The position numbers were made by a program, and so were the translations under genes. 64,000 nt of DNA from Eledone cirrhosa (taxonomy: Eukaryota), in contig OZ024741.1 in assembly GCA_964016885.1 (NCBI GenBank), positions 139,376,001-139,440,000 on the forward strand, read 5' to 3'. Of the stretch, positions 28,110-40,687 are shown one piece after another. Positions within the stretch are counted from its first letter, which is position 1. Every line of letters begins with the position of its first letter. The notes beneath the pieces are model-generated. The model did not search any database, was not told where the DNA came from, and worked only from the letters and a program-made list of their open reading frames with translations.

Positions 28110-28510
28110 AAAGGAAAATGCCACTATGAAGGTCATTAGTTTCCAAATAGTTCTGTGTGGTAGTGAACCATGGAAAATGACTGCAAAAGGGCTTGAGAAG
28201 CTAAGTATTTTCCACCAATATTGCCTACAGAAGATTGTCAAATTGGATGACAAAAGTAGAAATATATTTGCGTAGTATCTCTTGGGAACTGCGTCAATTT
28301 CGATCAGTGGATCACAATTTGTACGTGTCAGCTACACGGCATGTAATATCTGTAAGGATATGGATATTGGAGCATGGAGAAACGAAATAGAGGCTGGCAC
28401 ATGTAGAACAGACGTGGAACATTCCTGAAGAACAACAGGCAGAAATTGTTTGGACATATGTAAAGATAACCACGGAGGATCTACCATCATGGAGTGAGGT
28501 GGGTGAAATC
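28110..28510 (+). mobile_element. Old RTE-clade 3' fragment
   Basis: VLCGSEPWKMTAKGLEKLSIFHQYCLQKIV resembles the LLYGSETW..FHxxCLRxI motif. Confidence 0.6.
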
Positions 28511-29618
28511 TGATACCTTGTTTGATTTAAAAATATGGCATATCTAAATTAAATATATAACTAACACATATTGTAGCTGTGGAGAATATTAAAAATATCT
28601 GAATCATTCACCTATAGTCGTAAGGCTAATTTAAAACAGTACATAATCTAATTGTATTTCAATACTCATTAATAATAGATCCTGCAGCAAACATGAGTAC
28701 AAGCATCCAATAATATACTATAGTTGGGAGGATTCATCCCAGGAGAAATCCATAAACACAAAAAACCCAAATTTATGTTGAAATTTATTCTATTTGTTTC
28801 TATAGAAAACAGAAGAACAGATGAAGTTTTGAGCAACACACTAAATAAGTTAGAAACAGAATTAAATGCTCAGACACTAACAAAGTTCCTTGGTATGACA
28901 TTTTGCATAATTTTTTATGCAAAACAGCAGCATCCTTAGAATGGCAAAGAGAATGCCTTTTCAGATTAAAATTCCTCTATTTCCGTTTCTGTCATTCTCC
29001 AATAATCTACCGATTTAACATTGTCCAAACTTACAATTGAAAATAACAAGAAGACATGCGGAATACTGAATCGATTTAAGAAAATAGTTTCATGTTTGAT
29101 TTTAGGAGAATTTTACTTAGATCTGAAATGGTATTGACAGATATAAATATACTTACAAGTGTATTTCTATATCTCTCTCCTCTCTGTGTCTATCCTATCT
29201 ATTTCTCTTTACGTATGCATGGATACGTTAACATGTGTGTGTAGTTGTATGGTTTTATGTCTGCCTGAATACATAAACGTAATAGGCTGATCCAGATTAG
29301 GGAGAATTGGTAGTACAAGAATGGCAACAGAAATGATTGATGATGGTAAATGAGGGCATAACGATAAGTAGGAAGATCGATCAAAGATCTTGGCGTGTAA
29401 TTATGAGATGTTTCTATAAACGAATCAAGTGTATTCTACTTTTAACTCTACATACATAGTTTAAATCGACGACAGAAGAGAAACTGTAAACGATGTACAT
29501 AGATATACTAATATTTCTAAATACACACGCACAAGAAGATATAGCATCATACACATCAGACATACATGCACGTACATGTATTATATATTTAACTATATGT
29601 ATGCACAAGTCCATATAT

Positions 29619-29671
<53 letters not shown>

Positions 29672-30251
29672 TGTGTGTGTGTGTGAGTGTGCAGGCATAG
29701 TTTTGTCGTTAATAACTTCCCTTCGTAATCAAATGGATTCAGGTTTTAGTATACTGCGTAGAATCTTGTATAGGAATCATGCATCTATTTATGCCACTAG
29801 TGAGAAGCAGGTATCGAAAATAAGTGAACTCAACAAATCGGTATCAGGCTACTTACTGTATCAATATTTTCGTGGTTTTTCTTCAGCATGTCTTAACATG
29901 CATAAACGTATGCTACTAATGATTCGGACTCAACCTAATTTTATCTAAAGTTTTTGCTAATTTCAGTAATTCAAAGGAAATTTTTAATTCATGTTAATGT
30001 GATGCATATTTTTATGCAAATGAAAACACCCATTCTATAAAAATGACGATTAACTTAAACGTGTGGGAAAAGGCTGGTGTAATATATGTTCTTGCTGTTG
30101 TGACTATCATTAAAGCCTATAGCAATTATGTCAGATCACCATCTTTCAAGTTATTTACAACAAGAGTAACCCATTTGGGATATATGTTAGTTATATACAT
30201 GGAAGAAAAGGAAACCGGTGGCTGTAAAACAAATATTTTATACGGACCTTT

Positions 30252-31140
30252 ATGAAACGGAAATGCGGGTATAAAGAATTTATTAGGTAACAATTGTTTC
30301 TATAGTGTATGGGTTACCTATACCTCGCTATTTGAATAATATAAAAATATTATCATAAACCGAAGGTACACTGCAAGCAAACACACCATGTCGTCAGACC
30401 TTTGTATTGGAATGATATGAACATATTTTATACACTAGATAAAAGATAAAGAAGGAGGTAGGAAGTGAAGGGGGAGAGGGAAGTGAGTAAGGGGGAGGGA
30501 GTCCTAGGATTTAAGACTGTCAGACTAGTAGAGATTGTAAGGAGAGAATGTTTTGGCAGCAGTTAGCTTAATGAGGCGTGTTAGGGTTGGTGGGGGAAGT
30601 AAATTCTTCTAGTGGTGTTGTTCGGACAAAATTTAGTTAAAGGGATCAAAGTGGTACAGAGTTACAGACAAGTTATTGGGGCTATTATAGTAGCAGGTTA
30701 TTTCTAAAGGGGTCCAGAAAACAGTGTTTAGTACTATTATTATAGAAAGCCATATCTTGTGTATAAACATATAAAACAGAAATATGCAAACGGTGGTGTA
30801 AAAAGGTAACATTATATGCATTTAAAAAAAGAAAAAGTCGTTTTAAAACGATCTGTTAAAGTATAGTGAACGTTCAATTTTGCTGTTCAAAAGTTTGTTT
30901 ACCGACGTTAAAATGCAGTATATCTCCAAATTGCATAATTTGCAGAATCGATGATTTTGCTGACATGCAGGCGCAGCTGCAATAATTTGCCAATCAAGGG
31001 AGAATGCTTGATTGTTCCTCCGGAGCTGCCAGGCTTTATTGGCGAGGTTTGTTACGGAGCGCATTTTCTCGTACTTTATCGAAGATCGATGTTGGTATAG
31101 GCGAGCTTTGAAAGAAGTTGCGGTACATCCGACGTAAAAC
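30252..31140 (-). mobile_element. 5'-truncated Naiad-like PLE (EN plus pLTR), copy 2
   Basis: FYVGCTATSFKARLYQHRSS..TNLANKAWQL..CKLCNLE; paralogue of 9905-10686. Confidence 0.88.
30285..30401 (-). ncRNA. Hammerhead ribozyme with ~90-nt stem II domain
   Basis: aggt-CTGACGA-c-atggtgtg...tacactat-a-GAAA-caattg-TT-acct-AATAAA. Confidence 0.65.
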
Positions 31141-31159
31141 ACACACACACACACACACG

Positions 31160-31212
<53 letters not shown>

Positions 31213-31219
31213 ATGTGTA

Positions 31220-31575
31220 TCTGATGGTAGCTAAGATGCTTCCATAGGCGGTATGCCGGTTGAGCACTCTATGCTCTTACAGAGCAGAGTATGATATAAT
31301 ATAAAACGAAAAATCAGTGATGCATCTGAACTCAATTTGTTGTGTGTTACAATTGTTTCGCCTGCGGACAGCTCGAGACTCGATCATTGTGTGGATCCGT
31401 CTGTCATATTCTCACAGTGAGAGAATATGGTCCGAAATCATTAGCCGTGTCCGTCGAACATGCAGGTCCAGAATCAGACAGATCTAACCAATGATCGCGT
31501 CGCGAGCTGTCCGCCGGCGAAACAATTGTAACACACAATAAATTGAGTTCAGATGCATCACTGACTTTTCGTTAT
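31220..31575. mobile_element. PLE pLTR fragment with ~100-bp inverted arms
   Basis: ~31305-31403 mirrored by ~31474-31572; GAAACAATTGTA half-hammerhead in both arms. Confidence 0.75.
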
Positions 31576-31642
31576 ATATATATATATAATATATATAAGC
31601 CGTCGAAACGGCTTGAGCTCAGCTGTCGGGGTCTTACTGGTT

Positions 31643-32047
<405 letters not shown>

Positions 32048-33249
32048 CCAAGAAAACGACGTCTTAGCATTGACATCTGAACAATGTTACTCGCGATTTG
32101 TGTTCTTTAATCACTAATTCAGCCAATAATTATGGTAGATATTGTGTTTGCTAAATTTAGGGTTGTTAGTAGGCTGGTAAAATGGTTAGACGTATAAATA
32201 CTTCCATGTTTATATCGGAAAATACAGATTCAACATTTAACACATGTCTTCAGAAATGTCATCTTTTCTTCCAATTATCCAACTACTCTAGCTGATACAC
32301 ATGACTTTTCTTTCCACCAGATATCGCTGTTCTTGTCTAAATAAGCATCCATTATGTTAAACCAGTTATTACTTTTTGCGTCAATGTAACAATTGACAGG
32401 ACGGATCGACGGAACTGTCTCCATTGGCCATTCCATTACTGATATGTCAGTCGGATCTCCTGATCGAAGGATGTTTGATTTGAATCCAGAATATAATGAG
32501 CCGGGGCAGATACCGCAACTATCATGTTCGCCTTTTAATAATTCCAATTGTCTAGGCACCTGTGTGAGTGCCTTATTTAATAGCGCCATATGATTGAAAG
32601 GCAAAGTTTATCCCAGCAAGATTTAAAATAAAACGGCAGTGAGCTAGAATAAATCCCCAAAAGTATTTGATCAGAGGCACTTATGATTCTGCTTCTAAAG
32701 AAAACAACAACAATAAATAAAGTTATTTCAATACAGTAAGTACCATATTTCAGAAGACTTTAAGGAAAAAGTAAATTATTCAAAGTATGTTTCTAACATT
32801 TCAAAGATATACTATTTCTATGGTGGACTGTAGCAGAACTCACTCTACTTTGAAAGCAATGAATTATTATGAAAAAATGCTATTTAAACACTGGTCGTAC
32901 CGCTGCTGAGAAGCTATTGAACAAACAATATTTCAATAATGGACATAGCTCTGCCCACTGCTACCACATACTTGTTGTATACCGCTAGCTAGCTTCTTTC
33001 TTAGCTAGCTTCGTTCTTCATACCGATTTAATAAGTTTCAGCCAACTTTATTTCAACATTTATCACCTCCCCTCATTCCTAATTTCTCTTCATTTCTCTC
33101 TCTCCATCTCTTGGATGTATCAGCTCACCCTTCAGCTCCACTTGTTCCCCAATCCTAGCCAAGCTGTTGCCTCATCCAGCCACATCACTCACCCCACCTC
33201 TGGATATATGCGGGGCTCCGTCTTCAGCCCCCACCCCTATAGGAATTTG

Positions 33250-34730
33250 AACAATATCGCTCGTATTCCATGCGCAACACGTGTAAGAATACCTTCCATT
33301 TTCTTACGTCAATATCAGTGGACCCACGTCGGAATCCTTGCATCGTTGGCACTGCCCACGATGCTTAGCAGCCTCAACACCACAGGTTGACCCGAAGACA
33401 ATGGTGGGCACAGAACCAGGACAGAATGAGGTCCTAACAAATCTCAGCTCGGGGGACGTCATGTTAGCAATCTACCGCTCCAGATTGTCGCTTAGAGGTA
33501 TCATCTAGATCCCAGGGCTGGTTGCACTTTCATGAGGAAGCTCTAGCACTGTTCATCGACCAGCCGACAACACCAATATTCTGCATGACTGGAACATAGT
33601 ATTTGCAGTCGGCAACGTATTTCAGCGTCTTGCGGCCGAGGTAGTCCGCAGATCTGTCATTGACGACACGTGCATGGTATTCAGCCCTGTCCTAGTAGGT
33701 GTATGTGTTAAAAGTAGATATGAGGCGGTTGCTCATGTGTCCAGATACTACGTAGAGAACACGGCTCTTTTATCACTTCACATCCTAGTGACACTGAGCA
33801 TGCATAACACCACATTCAACAGCATTCGGGGGGATCATGTTTTAGTGACATGTTTAAGACTTTCTCCCTCATTGCAATACTTCATACGTCTCCCCTGGGA
33901 TACCCAGCATAGTCATGCCTGCTGACACATATCACCTCCACCACAGTTGTCCACCAAAGGAATGCATACGGCCGGCTAATTTTCGAGCTGGCTGTTGATG
34001 ATATCGTACACTCAGTCGGCTCGTCCTCCACTTGGATGATTCGAAGCTGGGAGGGTTGGTCAAGTTTGTTGCTCTCCAGAGATTCTTCCCAGCTGGATAT
34101 TAACCCCACATTTGTGAGACACAGTCCTTCGGCCTCTGCGTGTTCAATTCACACAGCTGCCGTTGTAGAGTAGTGGTCGAGGAGTTCTGTCTGATCCTGT
34201 TATCTTGCCGCCTTTACGAAGCCTGTTTTTCCGCGAGACTGCGTTGAACAATATCATCAGAAGGAGCCTAGACGCAGCCACTTTCCCGTCACAATTGGAG
34301 CCAGCTAGCCATAACAGAGGTAATGGCAAGCGCCCGAACGGATTAACCCTATTCCTTTTCATGGGGGGAAGCTGAATTTTTAATTTGGGATGTGATGTAC
34401 AGCCACTTGTTTTCCTTTTCAAAACTTGTGGCTTCGGCCCAAAACGAGGAAGCCGCCTCCTGAAATGTGGGAGAACGGATTATAGCAATATACCGGTGTC
34501 TGATAGACCGCTTCATCTTCCCACAGGTATCTGTGTGAAGATGAAACGGTGTGTTGAGACCACTGGTGTCCTTGGTCCCGCACTGCTGATTTTCTCTACA
34601 AAGTTGGAAAGAGGGCAGGCGGCTTCCATAGGGATACCCGAGTGGGTGGGTAGCTGTTGCTAGGGTGTCACCAGTCATTCTCTGCGGTAGTGCTATTGCC
34701 GTTATGTCTGTGAGACACTGTTGATGTAAC
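33250..34730 (-). mobile_element. Very decayed RLE-type (R2/NeSL-like) non-LTR retrotransposon
   Basis: GC-richer block; remnants YCNEGESLKHV (CCHC-like) and RYLW...PFSHISGGG (post-RT GGLG-like); many stops. Confidence 0.4.
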
Positions 34731-34794
34731 GATCTATTGTGGCTTGATTCTTCTTTCTATTTTTTCCTTTTTATATTTTCTTCCACTTAATAAT

Positions 34795-34975
34795 TATTTC
34801 TACTTTTGGCACAAGGCCAGCAATTATCCCAGTGCATTACTGGTACTACATGTTATCGACCCCGTAATGGTGAAAGGCAAAGTTAACCTTGGTGGGAAAA
34901 TCACAAAGTAAAGGGCCATAAGTCTGTATTGTAAAGAATGGTGTCTGACGCTCTACCGATACTGCCAATTCTTCA
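34795..34975 (-). mobile_element. tRNA-derived SINE
   Basis: Reverse complement of the family at 14190 and 37.5-38.2 kb. Confidence 0.75.
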
Positions 34976-35104
34976 ACTTAATAATGCGGTTTCTTTCTAT
35001 TAGATACATTTATTTCATATATATTATAGAGTTCAATAAATTGATGATGTGTAATATCAATTCAGTTGTGGTTTAATATTGTTGATATTTCAATTGTTAG
35101 GTTA

Positions 35105-35420
35105 CAAAATAGTGTTGCTTGGTCTAGTGCTAAGGCTGATCAACTTAAAATTGTAAGATCCTGATTTCGATGTCCCACGCCACGTTTTATCTTTGAGAAA
35201 GATCTTTTTTTACGTTGTTTCAGTTCACTGAGTTGAGTTGTACATACATTTCAAAATGGCGGCCATACTACATAGTGAATCACACTGAAACTCCGTGAGA
35301 AATACATATTGAAGACATGGGCCTGTCGAGTGAGCAATCACATGTACGAGAAGAGTGTTGCGTTATTTGGACAATGAGTACATTCACCGGCGGAAATCCC
35401 GATGTTCCAACAATAACGAC
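35105..35420 (+). mobile_element. Second SINE family, decayed
   Basis: tRNA-like head ttggtctagtgctaagg, then ctttgagaaag..cagttcactgag; similar to reversed fragments at ~6.9 and 57.7 kb. Confidence 0.45.
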
Positions 35421-35936
35421 ATCAAATGGTATTGATATTTAGTCCCAGAAATATAAAGATTTGCTTATTGAAGGACAGATAGTCGGAACGGACACTAATG
35501 CACTATTGATTCTGCAGATTCTCCCCCATATCAAAATCGTAACTTTATTGATCACATTCCGCTTGTACACATGGGGAAAGAGTGCAACATTCTGGGTGTA
35601 AAATGGTGTCTATATGCCTAGAGTGACATAGAAATAGCTGTTTTAACTGAGTTATTTCCAAATTCATGAAATAATGCAACGACACACACACACACACACT
35701 CACACATGCATGCAGACATCAACCATTTTCCGTCCGACACATTTCAATGGAGTCATGCTGGGTTCAGTACTTCACACGTCTGCTCACACTTCAGGGTAAG
35801 CACCCACACATACTAGAATAAACACATAGTAACACACACATATATATACTCAGACATACACCTATCTATGCACTCACACTCGTACGTCTACATGCTCAGA
35901 CACCCACACCGCCTATGGAAGCACCATAGCTACCAC

Positions 35937-36048
<112 letters not shown>

Positions 36049-36561
36049 GAAAATAGGATAGAATGTTAATATGAGGTAGACATATCCATGTACGCTTAGT
36101 TTGAGAGCGAGATATTATAGACTGACTGACATGTACAGACACAGAAATATATATGTATATATACACAGAACGGGGTGGGGAGGAGGAGAAGAGAGCAATA
36201 AATAGTTAGCTAGATATATCTTACTAAAATATCAGTGAAATACACTTTGTTACAATATTTCATCATTTAATGTCTTCTTTGTTAAATTCTTTAAAACATG
36301 TTTAGGTAGAGATTCAATATATTTTACTGATAACGAATGTTACATTTGTAGTGGAATGGAAAATGCACTTTTATACATCTTTTCAATATCACAATGAATA
36401 TATAGCGTGCCATTGTTGCACATTTACTACTTCCATCGTGCTGTTGCTTTTTGTCCTTACTATACAAATCATCCATTTTCCTTTTGTATCACGAACCTTT
36501 ACGTATTTAATGTTTGAAATTTATATAAATTTATTTATTCAGCATTTTCCTCATATTTTTT

Positions 36562-36626
<65 letters not shown>

Positions 36627-36806
36627 TTATAATATGTATATATATATATATATATATATATTTATTTATAATATGTATATATATATATATATACAAATAT
36701 AAGTATGTATACGTGCATACATATATGTATACAGACGTACACTATCAGCCGTACTAAGAGTGAGAAACGAAATCTCATTTTTTACATTTATATATATATA
36801 TATAAT

Positions 36807-36911
<105 letters not shown>

Positions 36912-37509
36912 ATATGTGTGTATATATATATATATATATGAATATATATATATATATGAATATATAATATATGTGTGTGCGTATATAAATAAATATTTAT
37001 ATGTGTGTATGTGTGTGTGTCCGTGTTACAACGCACTTAGAAATATCACTTATTCTTCTTGCTTAGTTTATATATCTAATCTTTTCAAGGAGGCTGAATA
37101 TATTTGAAGATTTTTTACAATTGCCATACTGATCCTCATCTATTCAACGACTTCACGTATTTTCAACCACGGTAATCGTGACTATGTAAAAGCATGTATA
37201 ATAGCTATTTTGAAAGTTTTATACTAAAACATGTTATTGAAAACCAAGATAATAACATGATTTTTAAATGAATATAGACAGTGAAAAAGCGGTGACTTAA
37301 ATAATTTCGTGTCATTATGTTTCTCTATAAATACGACGTTAATTCTTTAGGCACACATTGATAGTTCTTGATAAACAACTATATGTCCTGCACAAAATAT
37401 ATAAAGAATATCTGAAAATTGAATAGTTTTCCCTGTAGATTCTGATCATCAATAATCTTCTTCTTCTTCTTCTTCTTCTTCTTATTATTATTATTATTAT
37501 TCTTCTTCT

Positions 37510-38186
37510 AGCGCCACGGTTACAACCCTTTACGTTCTGTGTTGAAATGCTGCCGAGATTATATATATTCCTCTCTCATCCTTATGGTGTAGAGAAATAA
37601 AGCATGCGTAATGTACTGGGGTCGATTTCCTCTCCTTTCAAATGGTTGTCCTTGTGCTAATATCAGAAATAATTATTATTGGCAGAATCGGTAGAGCATT
37701 GGACAACATGCCTTGCAGGATAGATTTACGGCCCTTTACGTTCTCAGTTCAAATCCCGCCGAGGTTATATTTGCAGTTCATTTTTACGGGGTGGATGAAA
37801 TAAAGTACCAGTAATGTACTGGGATAATTGCTGGCTTCTGCCAAAAATAGAAACAATTATCATTATTACTGCCGAGGTTGACTTTGCCTTTCATCCTTAC
37901 GGGGTCGATAAAATAAAGTACCAGTAATGCACTGGATAATTGCTGGCCTTGTGCCTAAAGTAGAAACAATTATTACTACTGGAGTCTAAAGGGCGGTGGA
38001 TTGGCAGTATCGGTAGAGGGTCGAACGACATGCTTTGACGCATAGAGTTACGACCTTTTCCATTCTGAGTTCAAATCCCGCCGAGTTTAACTTTGCCTTT
38101 CATCCTTACATGGTCGATAACATAAAGTACCAGTCATATACTGGATAATTGCTGGCCTTGTGCCAAAAGTAGAAACAATTATTATT
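37510..38186 (+). mobile_element. Tandem cluster of about four SINE copies, each ending in (ATT)n
   Basis: Repeated gccgagg..tttcatccttacggggtcgataaaataaagtaccagtaat..aaagtagaaacaattatt units. Confidence 0.85.
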
Positions 38187-38190
38187 AATG

Positions 38191-39446
38191 GAGTCTCAGT
38201 CATTGATATTATTTAACTTGAAAGTTTGTTCAAATGAACATTAAGCCGCTACCTGCAGCCTCAGATATTCCGAGAGTTTTTGCTGTTCCCAGCAAGCATG
38301 CCTTTTGAAGTGTTCCAAAATAGGGGACTGGACTAATGTTCTTTAACTATCATTGAAAACTCTTTGAGATAATACCTAGTTCTCTTATGACAATCGAGAT
38401 GACCTTGATCTCATGACAGTCCCAAATCATTTTTAATTCCCATTTTAAATCCTAGTATCGGTTAATTTTCTCCTTCTTGGACTCTTGTGTTGAAGGGGCA
38501 GGCTACATCAACAATCAGGCACGATCTATTTTCTTTGTCAAAAGCTACAAGGTCAGGCCTATTGTATTCTAATTTGTAGTCTAATTTCTTGTCTTTCTGT
38601 ATCCTGAAATCCCATAGCACCTGCACTTGACCGCTTTCTATCACTTATCAGAATGTGGTGAATTATTTAGTTTGCATAAATACCAGTGAATCACCTTACC
38701 TATTATATCATACATTTAGCCTTTATAATGAGTCTAGGTTAGGTGTTTACACTCGAATGCAATCCCTCCCTGAGTCTCCTGTCTGTCTATCCACAGATCT
38801 TACAGAGTGACCTAGCCTACTCTTTGTCAATATGGTTTTTGTTTAACCCACTTCGTTCTGAGAGCTTGCTCTTGTGCAGCCATTAGCATATCTTCTGTAG
38901 TTTTCTTAGGTCTCCTCTTTTTAACCAGTTCCATTATTGATGTTATTTAACTGGAATGTTTGTTCAAATGAACGTCAAGCCGTTACCTGCAGCCGCAGAT
39001 ATTCAGGACATATCGGAGGGTTCTTGCTGTTCCCAGCAAGCATGACTTTTGAAGTGATCTAAAAGAAAGGGGAGCTGGACTAATTTTCTTTAACCATTCT
39101 TGAAAACTCTTTGAGATAGTACCTAGTGCTCCTATAACAATTGGGACGATTTTCTTATTATTATTATTCTTTGAGTCTCGGTCATTGATGTTATTTAAGA
39201 GGAAAGTTTGCTGAAATGAATATCAAGCCGCTACCTGCTGCCCCAGATATTCAGGACGTATCGGAGTGTTCTTGCTGTTCCCAGCACGCATGCCTTTTGA
39301 AGTGTTCCAAAAAGCGGAGCTGGACTAATCTTCTTTACCCATTTATTGGAAACGCTTGGAGATAGTACCTAGTGCGCCTATAACAATTGGGACCACCTTG
39401 ACTTCATGGCAGTTCCAAATCCTGTTTACCTCCCACTTTAAGTCCT
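38191..39446 (-). mobile_element. Three decayed 3' fragments of Dong/R4-like family A (38191-38934, 38935-39150, 39168-39446)
   Basis: Shared 3' UTR gagtctcagtcattgatgtt..aagccgctacctgcagcc; peptide VLWDFRIQ..NRPDLV..DVACPF. Confidence 0.85.
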
Positions 39447-39471
39447 ATTATTATTATTATTATTATTATTA

Positions 39472-40655
39472 TTTGCATTTATCTTGCTTTATGTTTATAC
39501 GAGTTATCACCAAGTCACAACCAGTGACCTCAAGAGACAACAAGGTCCGCCATGTTCAAGAAAGAACACACATATTCACACATGCATCCTTAGTGTTTAC
39601 ACTTGTGATGTACTTATATTGACAGGATCTTCCTTAGTATATGGGCAGTTCCCATTAGTACTATCTTTTGTATTTCTCCTATACGCGGGCTTCCTGGGAT
39701 TTGCGATAAGTAGTCGTTAGACCCCTTAGGTATCATTCCCAGAGCGCCTACAACCACTGGTATTGTTTTAGTTCTCAATTTCCACATTTTTCCAATTTCT
39801 ATCTCCAGGTCCTTATACTTGCTCAATTTTTCAAATGTTTTTATAGATACATTCTTGTCTATTGGAACAGACATATCAATTAGCAGGCATACCCTCCTTT
39901 GAAAGTCTTTCAATATTATATCAGGTCTATTTGCATCTATTTTTCGGTCTGTTTGGATGCTAAAGTTCCACAAGATTGAGATGTGATCTTTTTCAAGTAT
40001 GGGAGGTGGTTGATGCTCCCACCAATTCTTTTGATGGGGCAGGTCAAAATGCTTACACATTATCCAATGTATGTATTGTGCAGCTCTGTCATGCCTGTTT
40101 AGGCATTCGGTTGGAGCTATAGGACTGCACATTGAAATTATATGGTCAATGGTCTCTGGTTGTTTTTTGCATACACGGCATAATGGGCTGCACCCATTTT
40201 TCGTTATGTTGGCTCGGTAATTTTTTGTTGGCAGACACTGATCTTGTGCGGATATAATCAGTCCTTCAGTCTCCGATTTCAGTCCAGAGGATGCCAACCG
40301 CTGCTGGGTTAAAGTTTTGTCAACATCAGGATTGTTAGCTCGCTCTGGGTATTTTCCATACAGAGGCTTTTCTTGCCATTTCTTAGCCAGTTTCTGTAGC
40401 AGTTCTTTCTTTGCAGTTACTTTTACCTGCTTTGCTTTTTCTGTGTTTTCCATTTCAGCAGTAAATGGGACTTCTGAAATTTGTAGTCCATTACTGTATC
40501 TTTGTGCATCTTTTGTAATGGAATATGATCTTTTGGTGCTTTCGTGTTTAAAAACGAGTTTGATCATCCAATCATGTGATTCCCTTAGATATGTGGATAA
40601 TCCAATTGTTACAGTTTTCAACGCAATGTGTAGCTGGATTAACCCACGTCCTCCT
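39472..40655 (-). mobile_element. 5'-truncated Dong/R4-like family B copy
   Basis: ORF 39614-40621 with CRVCKKQPETIDHIISMC, RHD, NRPDII, EKLSKYKDL; (TAA)n at both ends. Confidence 0.92.
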
Positions 40656-40687
40656 TATTATTATTATTATTATTATTGTTATTGTTA

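Noticed and set aside
28720-29130. Possible old RTE RT fragment
   Set aside because: Only vague motif spacing; unsupported without alignment
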